Notes under the pieces: model-generated
Told to the model about the DNA's origin: nothing
What the model saw: only the letters and a program-made list of their open reading frames with translations
Databases searched by the model: none
In this document: positions 36,946 through 47,455 of the stretch, one piece after another
How the letters are laid out: each line of letters starts with the position of its first letter
Position numbering within the stretch: the first letter of the stretch is position 1
Assembly: GCA_034189385.1 (NCBI GenBank)
Contig: JAXHVD010000009.1
Coordinates: forward strand, 1 to 64,000
Reading direction: 5' to 3'
Length of the DNA: 64,000 nucleotides
Origin: Thermodesulfobacteriota bacterium
Lineage (GTDB): Bacteria > Desulfobacterota > Desulfobacteria > Desulfobacterales > C00003060
Position numbers and translations under genes: made by a program

Positions 36946-38817
36946 TCACACCCGTTCCATGGCCAGGAGTGTCACGTCATCCTGGAATTCGTCTTTTCCT
37001 CTCCATTGACACAAACGCTCCTTGGTCGCTGCCAGCAAATCACGAAGAGAAAGGTCCTGTCCCTCTTCCAGCAACCCTCTCAAGCGTTGCTCGGAAAATT
37101 GCTCGCCTTTGTCGTCGGTGCATTCCGTAATGCCGTCAGAATAGAGAATTAACCGGTCGCCTTTTCCCAGACGGACCCGCTCTTCTTCGTAATCAGCCTC
37201 AGAAAGCATGCCGACAGGGTATCCACCTGTCCCGACAGGGACGGCCGTGCCTTTTTTGACGACCATGGGAGGCGGGTGACCGGCCAGAGTCAGCACCGTG
37301 TCTCCGTCTCGCGTATCCATTATCCCGTAGATCATGGTAAAGTACTGCATGGTATCAGGGTCCGCCTGAAATCGTTTGTTCAGGTTTTCTACGACCATGG
37401 CAGGGTTGATGAGCCGGTAGTAGGGAGGCTCCGGAGATGGAAGGAATTGTTTCAACAACGATTCTTTGTTGTTTGCTGGAGAAAGGGCCTTGCTCAGAGT
37501 GACGGAAAGCATCGCCGCCGGTATGCCATGGCCGGCCACATCGAGCACGTAAAAGCCAAGGTGCTCCTCGTCGAGTCGGAAATAGTTGTAGATATCGCCG
37601 GCCACATAACTGGATGGAAGGAATATAGAATCAAATTGAACCCCGTCGATGTTCGTGGCCGCCTGGGGTATGAGCGTCGATTGAATTCTTGCCCCTGCCT
37701 CAAGGTCCCTTTTTATGACCGAATAGGCGTGTCTTAGCTTCTCGTTCGATTCTCCCAGCTTCGCGTTTCGTTCCTCCAGGTCTTTCTGGAGACGCAGAAT
37801 TTTTTTCCCTTCCTTGACCTGCGCTTCCAGTTTCTTTTGGCGCGTCATGTCCCGAAGGATATGGACGCTCCCTGCAGGATTCCCCTCCCGGTCCAGATAG
37901 GTGGCGGCACTAATGCTGACATCGACGATGCCTCTCCTTTTTGTGTATCGCTGGCTTTCAATCCCGGAGAAGCTTCTGCCGGCCAGCAGTTTTTCTATCA
38001 TCCTTCGGGTTTCAGATTTGCTGCCTTCGGGAACGTAATCCATTTTCCTGCCCAGAAGCTCCCCCGGTTGCCACCCGAAGACCTCTGTAAAGGCAGGATT
38101 TACGTAAATCACCTTGCCGCCCATGTCATAGACGACGACAGGATCCGGACATGCTTCCAGGACGGCACGAGACCTCTCTTCACTTTCCAGAAATCTTCGT
38201 TCCGCCGACTTGTGCAGACTCAAATCCTGAAGGGTCTCCAAGGCTCCAATGATCTCTCCTTCGGCGTTTTTCAATGGGGCCGCATTAAGGAACAGCCATT
38301 TGCCCTCCTCTCCCAGGCCGGGAAAAAAATCTTCAGCCGCGTAGGCGCCTTCCACAACAGCCGATTTCCGAAGTTTGTCACCATAATATCGGGCCGTCTC
38401 TTCTCCAAGGGGGGGGCCCATGACCATGTCGGCCATCACCGGTCTCTCTTCGGCATAAAAAGCCGTCCATTGTCTGTTGGTTCCGATGATGTCTCTTGCA
38501 GAAATGCCGGTGAGATCCTCGCAAGCCCTGTTCCAGTGTCTGACCACGTGCTCCTTGTCGATAACAAACGTGGGTATGGGGCTCCCCTCGACGATCTGGG
38601 AAAGCAATGCAGAACCCAACTGTGGGGCACCTTTCATCTTATTGGGCCTGGCCTCCTTCAATTGCAGCTGTTGCTTTTTTCCCGCCTCTTTCCGAACCGT
38701 TTCTTTCCACATCAACAAGCTGATCACCTTTTCAGCATGTGTCAGCATGTGTCTAGTCTGACGATTGGGGTGTGGCCAAACCACACCGACAGGATCTATT
38801 CGCATAAAGCGTGCCAC
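36946..38817 (-). CDS. PAS-PAS-SpoIIE PP2C phosphatase (RsbU-like)
   Basis: Two PAS domains, AGDIY, DVAGHG, AGHPPP, YSDGITE, DDVTL; the true start may be downstream (~38640). Confidence 0.9.
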   Translation of the reverse strand: MARFMRIDPVGVVWPHPNRQTRHMLTHAEKVISLLMWKETVRKEAGKKQQLQLKEARPNKMKGAPQLGSALLSQIVEGSPIPTFVIDKEHVVRHWNRACEDLTGISARDIIGTNRQWTAFYAEERPVMADMVMGPPLGEETARYYGDKLRKSAVVEGAYAAEDFFPGLGEEGKWLFLNAAPLKNAEGEIIGALETLQDLSLHKSAERRFLESEERSRAVLEACPDPVVVYDMGGKVIYVNPAFTEVFGWQPGELLGRKMDYVPEGSKSETRRMIEKLLAGRSFSGIESQRYTKRRGIVDVSISAATYLDREGNPAGSVHILRDMTRQKKLEAQVKEGKKILRLQKDLEERNAKLGESNEKLRHAYSVIKRDLEAGARIQSTLIPQAATNIDGVQFDSIFLPSSYVAGDIYNYFRLDEEHLGFYVLDVAGHGIPAAMLSVTLSKALSPANNKESLLKQFLPSPEPPYYRLINPAMVVENLNKRFQADPDTMQYFTMIYGIMDTRDGDTVLTLAGHPPPMVVKKGTAVPVGTGGYPVGMLSEADYEEERVRLGKGDRLILYSDGITECTDDKGEQFSEQRLRGLLEEGQDLSLRDLLAATKERLCQWRGKDEFQDDVTLLAMERV

Positions 38818-39549
38818 AATGGCCTAAAGGAGCCAAGGCGCGAAATTTCAATTAGTTATAATCTTTTATTGCGGGGGGGTCCAGCGCCGATGGATGGGGA
38901 ATTGAACGGTTTATGCCTCTGGGTGTCAGAATATTGACCGGTGGTAAACGCCGCTTTTCCAATCTCCCTGTACGAAGGCACCACCATGAAGACAGGAGCC
39001 TCGGTGCGCCTTCAGCTGCGTTGCCCGGCCTATCCCCTTGGGAGACAACTCACTTCACGCCCAGGACCATGGAAGCGGTGTTTATTACCCTTGGCTCATA
39101 GGCATATGGGGGCAATGCCATAAACTCTCCCACTGAGCTGGGGACCAAGCTGTAATAAAGGGGGGCGTTGATCATTGCCGACAACAAGGCCATTTCGCTT
39201 CAAACCAGTCAATGAGTATGAATTCTTGCCAGGGGTTACACTAAAACAACCATTTGATTTTCTGCTAGATTACCAACGGCAAGAGCAAGGCTTCACCAAA
39301 GAAGACGTGGGCCTCCGGTGAGAGGCTAATGAGCACAAACCCAGAGGCCCACTAAAACCCCGGAAACCGAGCAAACCAAGTCCCCACGCAAAAGGATTCA
39401 GACAGGCGCCGGCCGGGGTAAACTTTTCAATAGCATTGTCCCAGAGGATGTCAATAGGAAGAAAGAAGGAAAAACTTCGAATTTTTTGTCTCTTTCGCTG
39501 CTTGCCATGTAACACGTCCACATCATTCGGCAATGTTAAAAGACGCAAC

Positions 39550-39588
39550 CGGCCTCCGGCCCCTGCAAGGTGGGGCCGGAGGCTGTTT
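39550..39588. terminator. GC-rich hairpin after the cytochrome fragment
   Basis: cggcctccggcccc-tgcaaggt-ggggccggaggctg. Confidence 0.55.
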
Positions 39589-39621
39589 TAGAAAGGACCG
39601 CCAAATCCAGTCCAAAAAAGA

Positions 39622-40150
39622 CTACTTCTCTTCAAAGAGTTCCTTTGGCTTTGTTGTGTTACCTGTGGCGTTGGGATAATCAACGGCCTTATAGGCCTTC
39701 TCGTTGTGGGCTATCATCTCCCGAGCCTCTTCCATGTAGTTGTTATAACGCTTCTCACACTCATAGAAGCCGTGCCACCAAGAGTAGTCCGGTGCCATCA
39801 TGGCAGCACCCATTCGGGCCCTTGTGCCTTCGTGGTGCCACAATTCATAGTATTCCACTTCAAGGCGCTCATCAAAAAACGTGCTCTTGTCCAGCACGCC
39901 CTCTGCATAGAGCTCGTCCGGCATTTTCTTGGCAGGCCTGAAGTAGACCTCGTTGTATTCCTCAACCACCTTGTCCAGCTTAAAGAAATGATCATCCACC
40001 CATGTCTTTCCGTGGCACTGCATGCACACCTGGGCCATCTTGTCTCGTTCTACCTTCCAGTTGGTCTTTGCCGGAAACGGTTTGAAGTCCGATGGCCTTA
40101 TGGTCAGGGGCGCCTGTGTCTCCCAAGCGAGCCTCTCAGTCACGTCACAG
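39622..40150 (-). pseudogene. C-terminal fragment of a multiheme cytochrome c (hydroxylamine oxidoreductase-like)
   Basis: DVTERLAWE, a single CMQCH, LWHHEG.RARMGA.MMAPDY.WWHG; no signal peptide or upstream hemes. Confidence 0.75.
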
Positions 40151-40427
40151 GAGCAGGTCAAGCCTCCTTGGCACAACTCCCGAGACCCTTTCCCGTAGTC
40201 TGGGAAGGGTGTCTAAGCAGAATCTGATCGAAGTGAAAGGTCGCTGGATCCGACTCTTGGACAGGTCACAGAAAATTATTTGAATCTTTCAATGAGTTGC
40301 CTATGGTAGCATCAATCTCGTGTTTCGGCTGGTCGTAAAAAAACCGGCTCTCGTTACGTATAGTCGAGCAAAATCTACAAAGGCGACAAATAGTATATAT
40401 TGAAACTTTGAGGATTAACGACCCAAA

Positions 40428-40525
40428 TCACCCGCGTTTTCCCTTTGAGGTCACAATTTGTAATCTCAAAGATTCGAACTCATTTTGGGTAATCTGAAAC
40501 ATGAAGTCGTCGGGAAAACTATCGA
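40428..40525 (-). pseudogene. ORF6N gene fragment
   Basis: FPDDFMFQIT..EFESLRLQIVTSKG, similar to 15080-15667. Confidence 0.7.
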
Positions 40526-40761
40526 TATTGAATAACGCATGGCGAAAAGGGTATGCACCTTCCCGGGATACCTTGAAAAAAGGAACTTCATACTTGAACA
40601 TTTTGCCATTTAACCTTACAAATTTGTTCCCCTCTGAAAAAGAGGTGGGAGGGGTAATGGGAAAGGATACGGCCATAAGCTGCAAAACACTGGCCTGACT
40701 GAACAGGCGGCACACTGAGCCTTGGGAGTGACAGTGTGTCCGGTAAGGAACTAAATTCAAG

Positions 40762-43224
40762 ATGTTTATCAGAGAATATGGCAAGACAGCCATCATATGG
40801 AAAGATGAAGAGATAAGCTATAAGGAACTTTTGGAAAATGTTGACCACTTTCACCGGGCATTTCGTGAAAAGAATTGCAGGAAGGTTGCAGTCTTTTCTG
40901 AAAACCGGGCAGAGTGGGCATATGCCTTCTATGCCGCGTGGAAGGCCGGAGGTATTGTTGTTCCCATTGATTATATGAGTACTGCCGAGGATGCGAGATA
41001 TATCCTTGAAGACTCCAGGCCTGAACTGGTCTTTTGCTCTTCAGAAACCCGCGCCGTACTTGAAAGGGCCGTTGAGGGGTTGTCGTACAGTGTGGAGGTG
41101 CTTGTTTTCGAGGAGATGGAGTCCCCTGCAGGAGATGCTGATCTCTCCTTCCCTGAGCATGACCCGGCAGACACGGCGGTTATCATCTACACATCCGGGA
41201 CCACCGGCAGTCCCAAGGGGGTGATGCTCTCCTACGACAACCTGTTGGCAAACATAGAATCGGTAACAGAGGAGGTCAAGGTATACGGTGAGCCCGACAG
41301 GGTCTTGGTGTTTCTTCCGCTTCATCATATCTTTCCCTTGCTTGGTTCCATGGTTGCACCTCTTTACGTGGGTGGAACTGCCGTGTTTTCCCCTTCCATG
41401 TCCTCTGAAGACCTGATGCATACAGTCAAGAACCACGGAATCACAATCATCATTGGGGTTCCCAGGTTCTACAGCCTCATCAGGAAGGGCATAATGGACA
41501 AGGTAAATTCCAGTTTCCTTGCAAAAACCTTTTATGCATATGCACGCATTATAGGCTCACGGCGCCTTTCACGGCTTATCTTTAAAAAGGTGCATAAGAG
41601 TTTTGGCGGAAAGATCCGGTACCTGGTGAGTGGCGGGGCAAAGCTCGATGAGGATGTGGCCTATAACCTGAAGGTATTGGGATTTGAAGTACTCGAGGGC
41701 TTTGGCATGACTGAAGCAGCTCCCATGATCACCTTCACCAGGCCCGGAGAGGTGCTCGTGGGGTCTGCAGGGAGGCCCATGTCCTGTAATGAGGTGAAGA
41801 CCGTTGAAGGTGAGATAGTTGCAAGGGGTCGTAACATTATGCAGGGCTACTATAACAAGCCCGAAGAGACTGCTGAGATCATCAGGGATGGCTGGCTCCA
41901 CACCGGGGACCTCGGATATCTGGATGAAAAGGGCTTTATCCATATCACAGGGAGGAAGAAGGATACTATTGTCCTTCCGAGCGGGAAGAACGTCAACCCT
42001 GTGGAGCTGGAACACCAGATGGAAGCCATGTCAGAATACATTGCAGAGATTGCAGTGTTTCTTAACGATAATGTGCTGCAAGCTGCCCTGTACCCTGATT
42101 TCAGGAAGGTTCGTGAAAAGGGGATACAGAACCTTGAAGAGGTTATAAGGGCCGATGTGATAGGACCTTTTAACAGATCCGTTGCACCATATAAGAGGGT
42201 CATGAAGCTCCACATACTTCAAGAGGAGCTTCCCAAGACAAGACTCGGCAAGATCAAGCGCTTTATGCTCCCGGCATTTGCCCAGGCACCGGTCGAGAAG
42301 AGACGGAAGGAGAAGGAACCTGAAACACAGGAATACAATGCAATCAAGGAATTCCTGATGTCCCAGACCCAAAGAGACATATTCCCCGGAGATCACTTCG
42401 AATTTGACCTTGGCCTTGATTCCCTTGACAGGGTGAGCTTTCAGACATTTCTTTACTCCACCTTCGGTATTGAAGTGGAAGAAGATATTTTTCTGGCTCA
42501 CCCGACCGTTGGAAAGCTTTCAGCCTACATAAAGGACAAGAAGAAAAAGATAAGTATTACCGCTGTAAAGTGGGCTGAGATATTCAGGGAGAAGGCGGAT
42601 ATCAAACTCCCTGGAAGCTGGTTTGCCCATAATCCCATGAAGAATATGTTGAAGATCCTGCTGGGCCTCTACTTCAAGCTAAAAGGGGATGGGGTGGAAA
42701 ACCTGCCGTCTTCTCCGTTTATACTGGCTCCGAACCACCAGAGCTTTTTGGACGGGTTGTTTGTTCTCTCATTCCTGAAGAAAAGGTTGAACAAGAACAC
42801 CTATTTCTACGCAAAGGAAAAGCACGTGAAAAGCTGGTGGCTGAAATTTCTTGCCTCAAGAAGTAATGTTATCGTGATGGATATCAATAAGGAACTGAAG
42901 CTCTCACTGCAGAAGCTTGCAGCGGTGCTTAAAAGGGGTAACAATATAATAATCTTTCCAGAAGGCACAAGGTCAAGGGATGGCAAGGTGGGACGCTTTA
43001 AAAGGACATTTGCCATACTCTCAAAGGAACTGAACGTGCCTGTGGTGTCGGTGGCGATTAAGGGCGCCTTTGAGGCACTGCCGACAGGAAGCACCATACC
43101 CATGCCTTTCAAAGAGATTGAGGTGAAGTTCCTGGAGGCCGTATATCCGGAAGGCCATACCTATGATTCACTCAATGAGCTGGTGAATAAAAGGGTGGCT
43201 GATGAAGTGGGTGGGGGACGGTGA
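40762..43224 (+). CDS. Long-chain acyl-CoA/ACP ligase fused to ACP and LPA acyltransferase
   Basis: YTSGTTGSPKG, GFGMTE, TGDLG, DLGLDSL (ACP), PNHQSFLD, FPEGTRS. Confidence 0.92.
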   Translation: MFIREYGKTAIIWKDEEISYKELLENVDHFHRAFREKNCRKVAVFSENRAEWAYAFYAAWKAGGIVVPIDYMSTAEDARYILEDSRPELVFCSSETRAVLERAVEGLSYSVEVLVFEEMESPAGDADLSFPEHDPADTAVIIYTSGTTGSPKGVMLSYDNLLANIESVTEEVKVYGEPDRVLVFLPLHHIFPLLGSMVAPLYVGGTAVFSPSMSSEDLMHTVKNHGITIIIGVPRFYSLIRKGIMDKVNSSFLAKTFYAYARIIGSRRLSRLIFKKVHKSFGGKIRYLVSGGAKLDEDVAYNLKVLGFEVLEGFGMTEAAPMITFTRPGEVLVGSAGRPMSCNEVKTVEGEIVARGRNIMQGYYNKPEETAEIIRDGWLHTGDLGYLDEKGFIHITGRKKDTIVLPSGKNVNPVELEHQMEAMSEYIAEIAVFLNDNVLQAALYPDFRKVREKGIQNLEEVIRADVIGPFNRSVAPYKRVMKLHILQEELPKTRLGKIKRFMLPAFAQAPVEKRRKEKEPETQEYNAIKEFLMSQTQRDIFPGDHFEFDLGLDSLDRVSFQTFLYSTFGIEVEEDIFLAHPTVGKLSAYIKDKKKKISITAVKWAEIFREKADIKLPGSWFAHNPMKNMLKILLGLYFKLKGDGVENLPSSPFILAPNHQSFLDGLFVLSFLKKRLNKNTYFYAKEKHVKSWWLKFLASRSNVIVMDINKELKLSLQKLAAVLKRGNNIIIFPEGTRSRDGKVGRFKRTFAILSKELNVPVVSVAIKGAFEALPTGSTIPMPFKEIEVKFLEAVYPEGHTYDSLNELVNKRVADEVGGGR

Positions 43225-43644
43225 GTGGAGAACAAATAAACAGGCATACCGCAAGAACCTTGACGTAAGGCCCATATGTTGTGTCTGGTCACTGACCCTC
43301 TAGATCATAGATTCCTTGCCAAGTTCCTGCATATTTCAAGCCGAGAATCTTTCAAAGTAACTTCATATGATTTTGGATATCTGGAGCCCCCGACTCTCAG
43401 ATTTTCCAACAAAACAAGCCGAGTATAGATTTCCTGCCAAGATCACACCGAAATCGGTCCGTTAAAACTCAAAGATAATCGACGACTGTCTTAATTCTGG
43501 TCAGAATGCATGCAGATAACCTACCAGGATCATATTAAAACAACCACTGGATTTTCTAACAGATTCTTCAATACCTGAAATTTTCGGCCATTCAAATAGT
43601 TATTTGTGATGGTGGATGCACAACGTGTTCACCAACGGACTGAC

Positions 43645-43675
43645 AAAAAAGGGCAGGCCCTGAAGACCTGCCCTT
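43645..43675 (-). terminator. Intrinsic terminator
   Basis: AAGGGCAGG-tcttcaggg-CCTGCCCTTTTTT on the minus strand. Confidence 0.6.
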
Positions 43676-43830
43676 GATGTTTGACCATTGAATACCTGAT
43701 TATTTCGTAAACCTCCTCCTTAACCCAACAAGCCCCACCAGGGGCAAAAGCCGAGAAGCCAGACAAGCCCCTAGTTTTCCGAAAAGCTGTCTCAGTGCAT
43801 TGGAAGAAGAACGGGCCCGTGCGCGAGATC

Positions 43831-44364
43831 CTACTGCCCTGTGTCGCCCCAACCCTCGGGGCTATACCACGTATCACCGCCAGATGCCCCTGGTGACCAA
43901 AGCCAATCCTGTTCCATCCAGGCGTCTAGCCCCCCGTTGCCTTGGTCTTCCGGCGGAGCTTGCCAGCCCACCGCTTCTTCTGAGAAGAAAGGTAAAGAGA
44001 GATCCCCCTTGTCTTCCCCTTCAGTGTCAGAAGTCCCGTCCTCGGCAAGACCTGTATATGGTGAAGGATCAAAGTCTTCTGAAAAGAACCTGTCAACCAA
44101 TGCTTGCACGTTAGAATGGGGCCATCCAACATAAGCAGGAACGCCGTCGTCGAGAAATCGTTCCAGGCCTTGGCCGTGCATCCTTTCCTGGAAGAATGAA
44201 GGGATAACCCCGCCTCCTTCCTTGGCTTGTGCGAAAATTCGATCAAAGGCGGGAGCCGTGGCAGGATTGCCATCTGGGCCAAAAAAGCCTTCCGTGTCCG
44301 CAGCAACCACCGTTAGAGACCATGACAGGAAGACCCCGACAAATATAACCAAGAACTTTTGCAT
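43831..44364 (-). CDS. Secreted acidic hypothetical protein
   Basis: AAAGGAG RBS, signal peptide MQKFLVIF..VVAA, D/E/G/W-rich. Confidence 0.6.
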   Translation of the reverse strand: MQKFLVIFVGVFLSWSLTVVAADTEGFFGPDGNPATAPAFDRIFAQAKEGGGVIPSFFQERMHGQGLERFLDDGVPAYVGWPHSNVQALVDRFFSEDFDPSPYTGLAEDGTSDTEGEDKGDLSLPFFSEEAVGWQAPPEDQGNGGLDAWMEQDWLWSPGASGGDTWYSPEGWGDTGQ

Positions 44365-44707
44365 CTTTCTACTCCTTTCCAAGGGGACACCTTCCCACTG
44401 CGAGGTGCCACCCCATCCGCGCGGATTGCTTGCCAAGAGAGACCCCTTGCATCAGCGGTCCCCCACCCCAGATTTGTCGAGAATACCATAAAACTAGGGC
44501 CATTCAAATAGGTGCTTATGATAGATCGTCACTCTGTTCTCTGCCGTGCCGGCGGTGAATAGAATAACCAATTTGACTTTCACCGAAACTATAACGGCAG
44601 GCGTGATCTACACCAGGGTGTCACGACTTGTTTTACTGTGTAAACCACGGGGTTGGCACTGGGGGGTGGAGGCTCATCTGTGATGGCATCTGCTGGGCCG
44701 TGAACCT

Positions 44708-45202
44708 TTAGCCCTGCCTTTTGCCTAACACATAGGCCATGAGGCCACCGGCCTCGATGAGTCCTTGCATGAAGGGAGGGATGGGGTTGGCAGAAAAGCG
44801 CTTGCCGTTGGTGTGGTCTATGATCTCGCCCGTGTCCTGGTTGACCGATATGCGATCACCAGGGTCAATCCCACCGGACACCCCTGGTGCCTCAAAGATG
44901 GGAAGACCCATGTTGAAGGCATTTCTAAAAAAGATCCGTGCAAAGCTCTCTGCCACTACGCATGAGATGCCTGCCCCTTTGATGGCCATGGGGGCATGCT
45001 CCCTGGAGGAGCCGCAGCCAAAATTCTTCCCGGCCACGATGATATCTCCTGTCTGGATCTTTTCAGAGAAGGTGGGATCTACAGGTTCCATGCAGTGTTT
45101 GCCCAGCTCTTGGCCGTCCGTAGTAACCAGATAGGGGGCAGGGATGATCACATCGGTGTCTATATTGTCGCCGAACTTCCAGACTGTGGCTTCTATTTTC
45201 AT
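44708..45202 (-). CDS. leuD: 3-isopropylmalate dehydratase small subunit
   Basis: GDNIDTDVIIP, NFGCGSSREHAP, SFARIFFRN. Confidence 0.93.
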   Translation of the reverse strand: MKIEATVWKFGDNIDTDVIIPAPYLVTTDGQELGKHCMEPVDPTFSEKIQTGDIIVAGKNFGCGSSREHAPMAIKGAGISCVVAESFARIFFRNAFNMGLPIFEAPGVSGGIDPGDRISVNQDTGEIIDHTNGKRFSANPIPPFMQGLIEAGGLMAYVLGKRQG

Positions 45203-45259
45203 ACTCTCATCCCTATCTGAAGGCAATGAACGACCCCATAGTGAGCTACGGGTCATCAT

Positions 45260-45323
45260 GTCATGCCGGACCTGATCCGGCATCCAGTCGATTTCCTAGA
45301 TTCCGGCGTGCGCCGGAATGACG
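45260..45323. repeat. REP-like two-hairpin element
   Basis: gtcatgccggacctgatccggcatcc...gattccggcgtgcgccggaatgac; a related split copy lies at 48175-48465. Confidence 0.75.
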
Positions 45324-45401
45324 GCCTCTCGGCAAGCCCCGACAAATAAACACTGGGGGATTGAGGGGGCGCTTGAGGTCACAGAGGCCTCTAAGATATA
45401 G

Positions 45402-46661
45402 CTACAACTCTTCCGGGCTGCCTATTCGGCCCAGCACGGCCGAGGCTGCCGCCACGGCCGGGTTGGCAAGATAGACCTCGCTGGTAGAATGCCCCATCCG
45501 GCCCAAGAAGTTGCGGTTGGTCGTGGAAATGGCCCGTTCTCCAGGGCCCAGTATACCCATAAAGCCCCCCAGGCAAGGCCCGCATGTGGGCGGACTCACA
45601 ATACCCTTGGCATCTAAAAAGGTCTCAAAGAGGCCCTCATCCATAGCCTGCCGGTAGATCGTCGGCGTACCCGGTATGATAATGAGGCGCATATTCTTGT
45701 CGACACGATGTCCCTTTAAGACCTGGGCCGCCAGGCGTAGATCCTCAATGCGGCCGTTGGTGCAAGATCCAATGACCGCCTGATCAATGGGCACGGTCCC
45801 CGCTTCAGACACAGGGCGTGTGTTTTCCGGAAGATGGGGAAAGGCCACCTGGGGCTCAATCTTGGAGACATCAAAGGACCTTTCTTCCACGTAAAGGGCA
45901 TCAGGGTCGCTCTTGTAGGCAGAAAAAGACCTCTTCGCCCGGGAGCTCACATAGTCGAGCGTTACCTGATCGGGTGAGATAATGCCATTCTTGGCCCCGG
46001 CCTCAATGGCCATGTTTGCCATGGTCATGCGGTCGGACATGGGAAGGGCTTCAATGACAGGACCCACAAACTCCATGGCCTTGTACGTGGCCCCATCCAC
46101 CCCTATGTCTCCAATGGTGTAAAGGATCAGGTCCTTTCCTGTAACCCACTTTTGAAGCTGCCCCTCATAGTGGAGCTTCATCGATTCGGGAACCTTAAAC
46201 CATACTTCCCCTGAAATCATGGCTGCTGCGATATCCGTGCTTCCCACGCCTGTGGCAAAGGCACCCAGGGCGCCGTAGGTACAGGTATGACTGTCAGCTC
46301 CAATGACCACCTCTCCTGGCAGCACCAGGCCCTGTTCGGGCAGCAGCACATGCTCAATGCCCATGTCCCCCAGTTCAAAGAAATGCTTGATGCCGTATTT
46401 CTTGGCAAACCTTCGCATCACCTGCACCTGCTTGGCCGAGTTCACATCCTTGTTAGGAACAAAGTGATCTGGAACCAAGGCGATCTTCTCGGCGTCGAAG
46501 ACCGATGCCGTCTCAGACTGCTCAAAGAGTTCAATAGCAATGGGTGCCGTGATGTCGTTAGCCAAGGCCAAATCGATCTGGGCAGAAAGAAGCTCCCCTG
46601 GGTGGACCTTTTCTTGCCCGGCGTGGGCAGCCAGGATTTTTTCCGTAATGGTTTGGGACAC
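45402..46661 (-). CDS. leuC: 3-isopropylmalate dehydratase large subunit
   Basis: GADSHTCT, IGSCTNGR, CGPCLG, STTNRNF.GRMG; GTG start after AGGAG. Confidence 0.93.
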   Translation of the reverse strand: MSQTITEKILAAHAGQEKVHPGELLSAQIDLALANDITAPIAIELFEQSETASVFDAEKIALVPDHFVPNKDVNSAKQVQVMRRFAKKYGIKHFFELGDMGIEHVLLPEQGLVLPGEVVIGADSHTCTYGALGAFATGVGSTDIAAAMISGEVWFKVPESMKLHYEGQLQKWVTGKDLILYTIGDIGVDGATYKAMEFVGPVIEALPMSDRMTMANMAIEAGAKNGIISPDQVTLDYVSSRAKRSFSAYKSDPDALYVEERSFDVSKIEPQVAFPHLPENTRPVSEAGTVPIDQAVIGSCTNGRIEDLRLAAQVLKGHRVDKNMRLIIIPGTPTIYRQAMDEGLFETFLDAKGIVSPPTCGPCLGGFMGILGPGERAISTTNRNFLGRMGHSTSEVYLANPAVAAASAVLGRIGSPEEL

Positions 46662-46663
46662 GT

Positions 46664-47455
46664 CTATAAGGACTCCTGTGATGGAATGTCTACGCTGTCT
46701 TTGGCACTGCCCTGTTCGCCCTTTCCAAAGGTTCTCCTCTTCCACAGGGCTTGAACAGGGCCAGAGAGAACATAGCAGAGCATGATGACAAAAAAGGTGA
46801 CAGTGGGCTCTGCAGCAACAACGATGGCAAAGAGGATCACGCCCACTAGCATGTTAAACTTCATCTTCTTGAAAAGGCCTGCCTGCTTGAAACTGAAATA
46901 CTTGATGGTGCTCACCATCAAAAAGGACAGGACGTAGATCATGACAAGGATGGTGACCTGTTTTGTGGCCCCGCTTCCTCCTAAGCGCTGCTGAAGCAGA
47001 ACCGTTGAAGCAATCATAAAGGCCGCCGCGGGAATGGGCAGACCGTTAAAGTGGTCAGAGTGTACCTGGCCGGCCTGCGTGTTAAACCGGGCCAGTCGAA
47101 GGGTCCCACAGGCCACGTAGAGCAGCGCCGCCAGCCACCCCAGTCGACCAAAGGGTTGAAGGGCCCACAGATAGACCAGCAGTCCAGGGGCCACCCCAAA
47201 GGAGATGCAGTCGCACAAGGAATCATACTCAAGACCAAATTTGCTCACTGCATGGGTGACGCGGGCGATCTTTCCGTCCAGCCAGTCAAAGACGGCCGCC
47301 ACCATAATAGCAACAGCCCCTTTTACGAAATGGCTCTGGACGACGGCGATGATGGCATAGAAGCCGCAGAAGAGATTGGCAGAAGTGAGGAGGTTAGGAA
47401 GGACATAGATACCCCGCTGGGAGCGTCTCTTTTTGGACCGCTTTGTTTTCTTCAT
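46664..47455 (-). CDS. pssA: CDP-diacylglycerol--serine O-phosphatidyltransferase
   Basis: DGKIAR..FG..YDSL.D, LRLARFN, GLPIP; adjacent to psd. Confidence 0.93.
   Translation of the reverse strand: MKKTKRSKKRRSQRGIYVLPNLLTSANLFCGFYAIIAVVQSHFVKGAVAIMVAAVFDWLDGKIARVTHAVSKFGLEYDSLCDCISFGVAPGLLVYLWALQPFGRLGWLAALLYVACGTLRLARFNTQAGQVHSDHFNGLPIPAAAFMIASTVLLQQRLGGSGATKQVTILVMIYVLSFLMVSTIKYFSFKQAGLFKKMKFNMLVGVILFAIVVAAEPTVTFFVIMLCYVLSGPVQALWKRRTFGKGEQGSAKDSVDIPSQESL

Noticed and set aside
37837..38937. 366-aa plus-strand ORF, and the 316-aa ORF at 52812-53762
   Set aside because: Antisense shadows of well-supported genes
39330..39410. c-di-GMP-I riboswitch (gcaaacc...acgcaaa); similarly 44400-44490
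   Set aside because: The P2 stem with GNRA loop is missing
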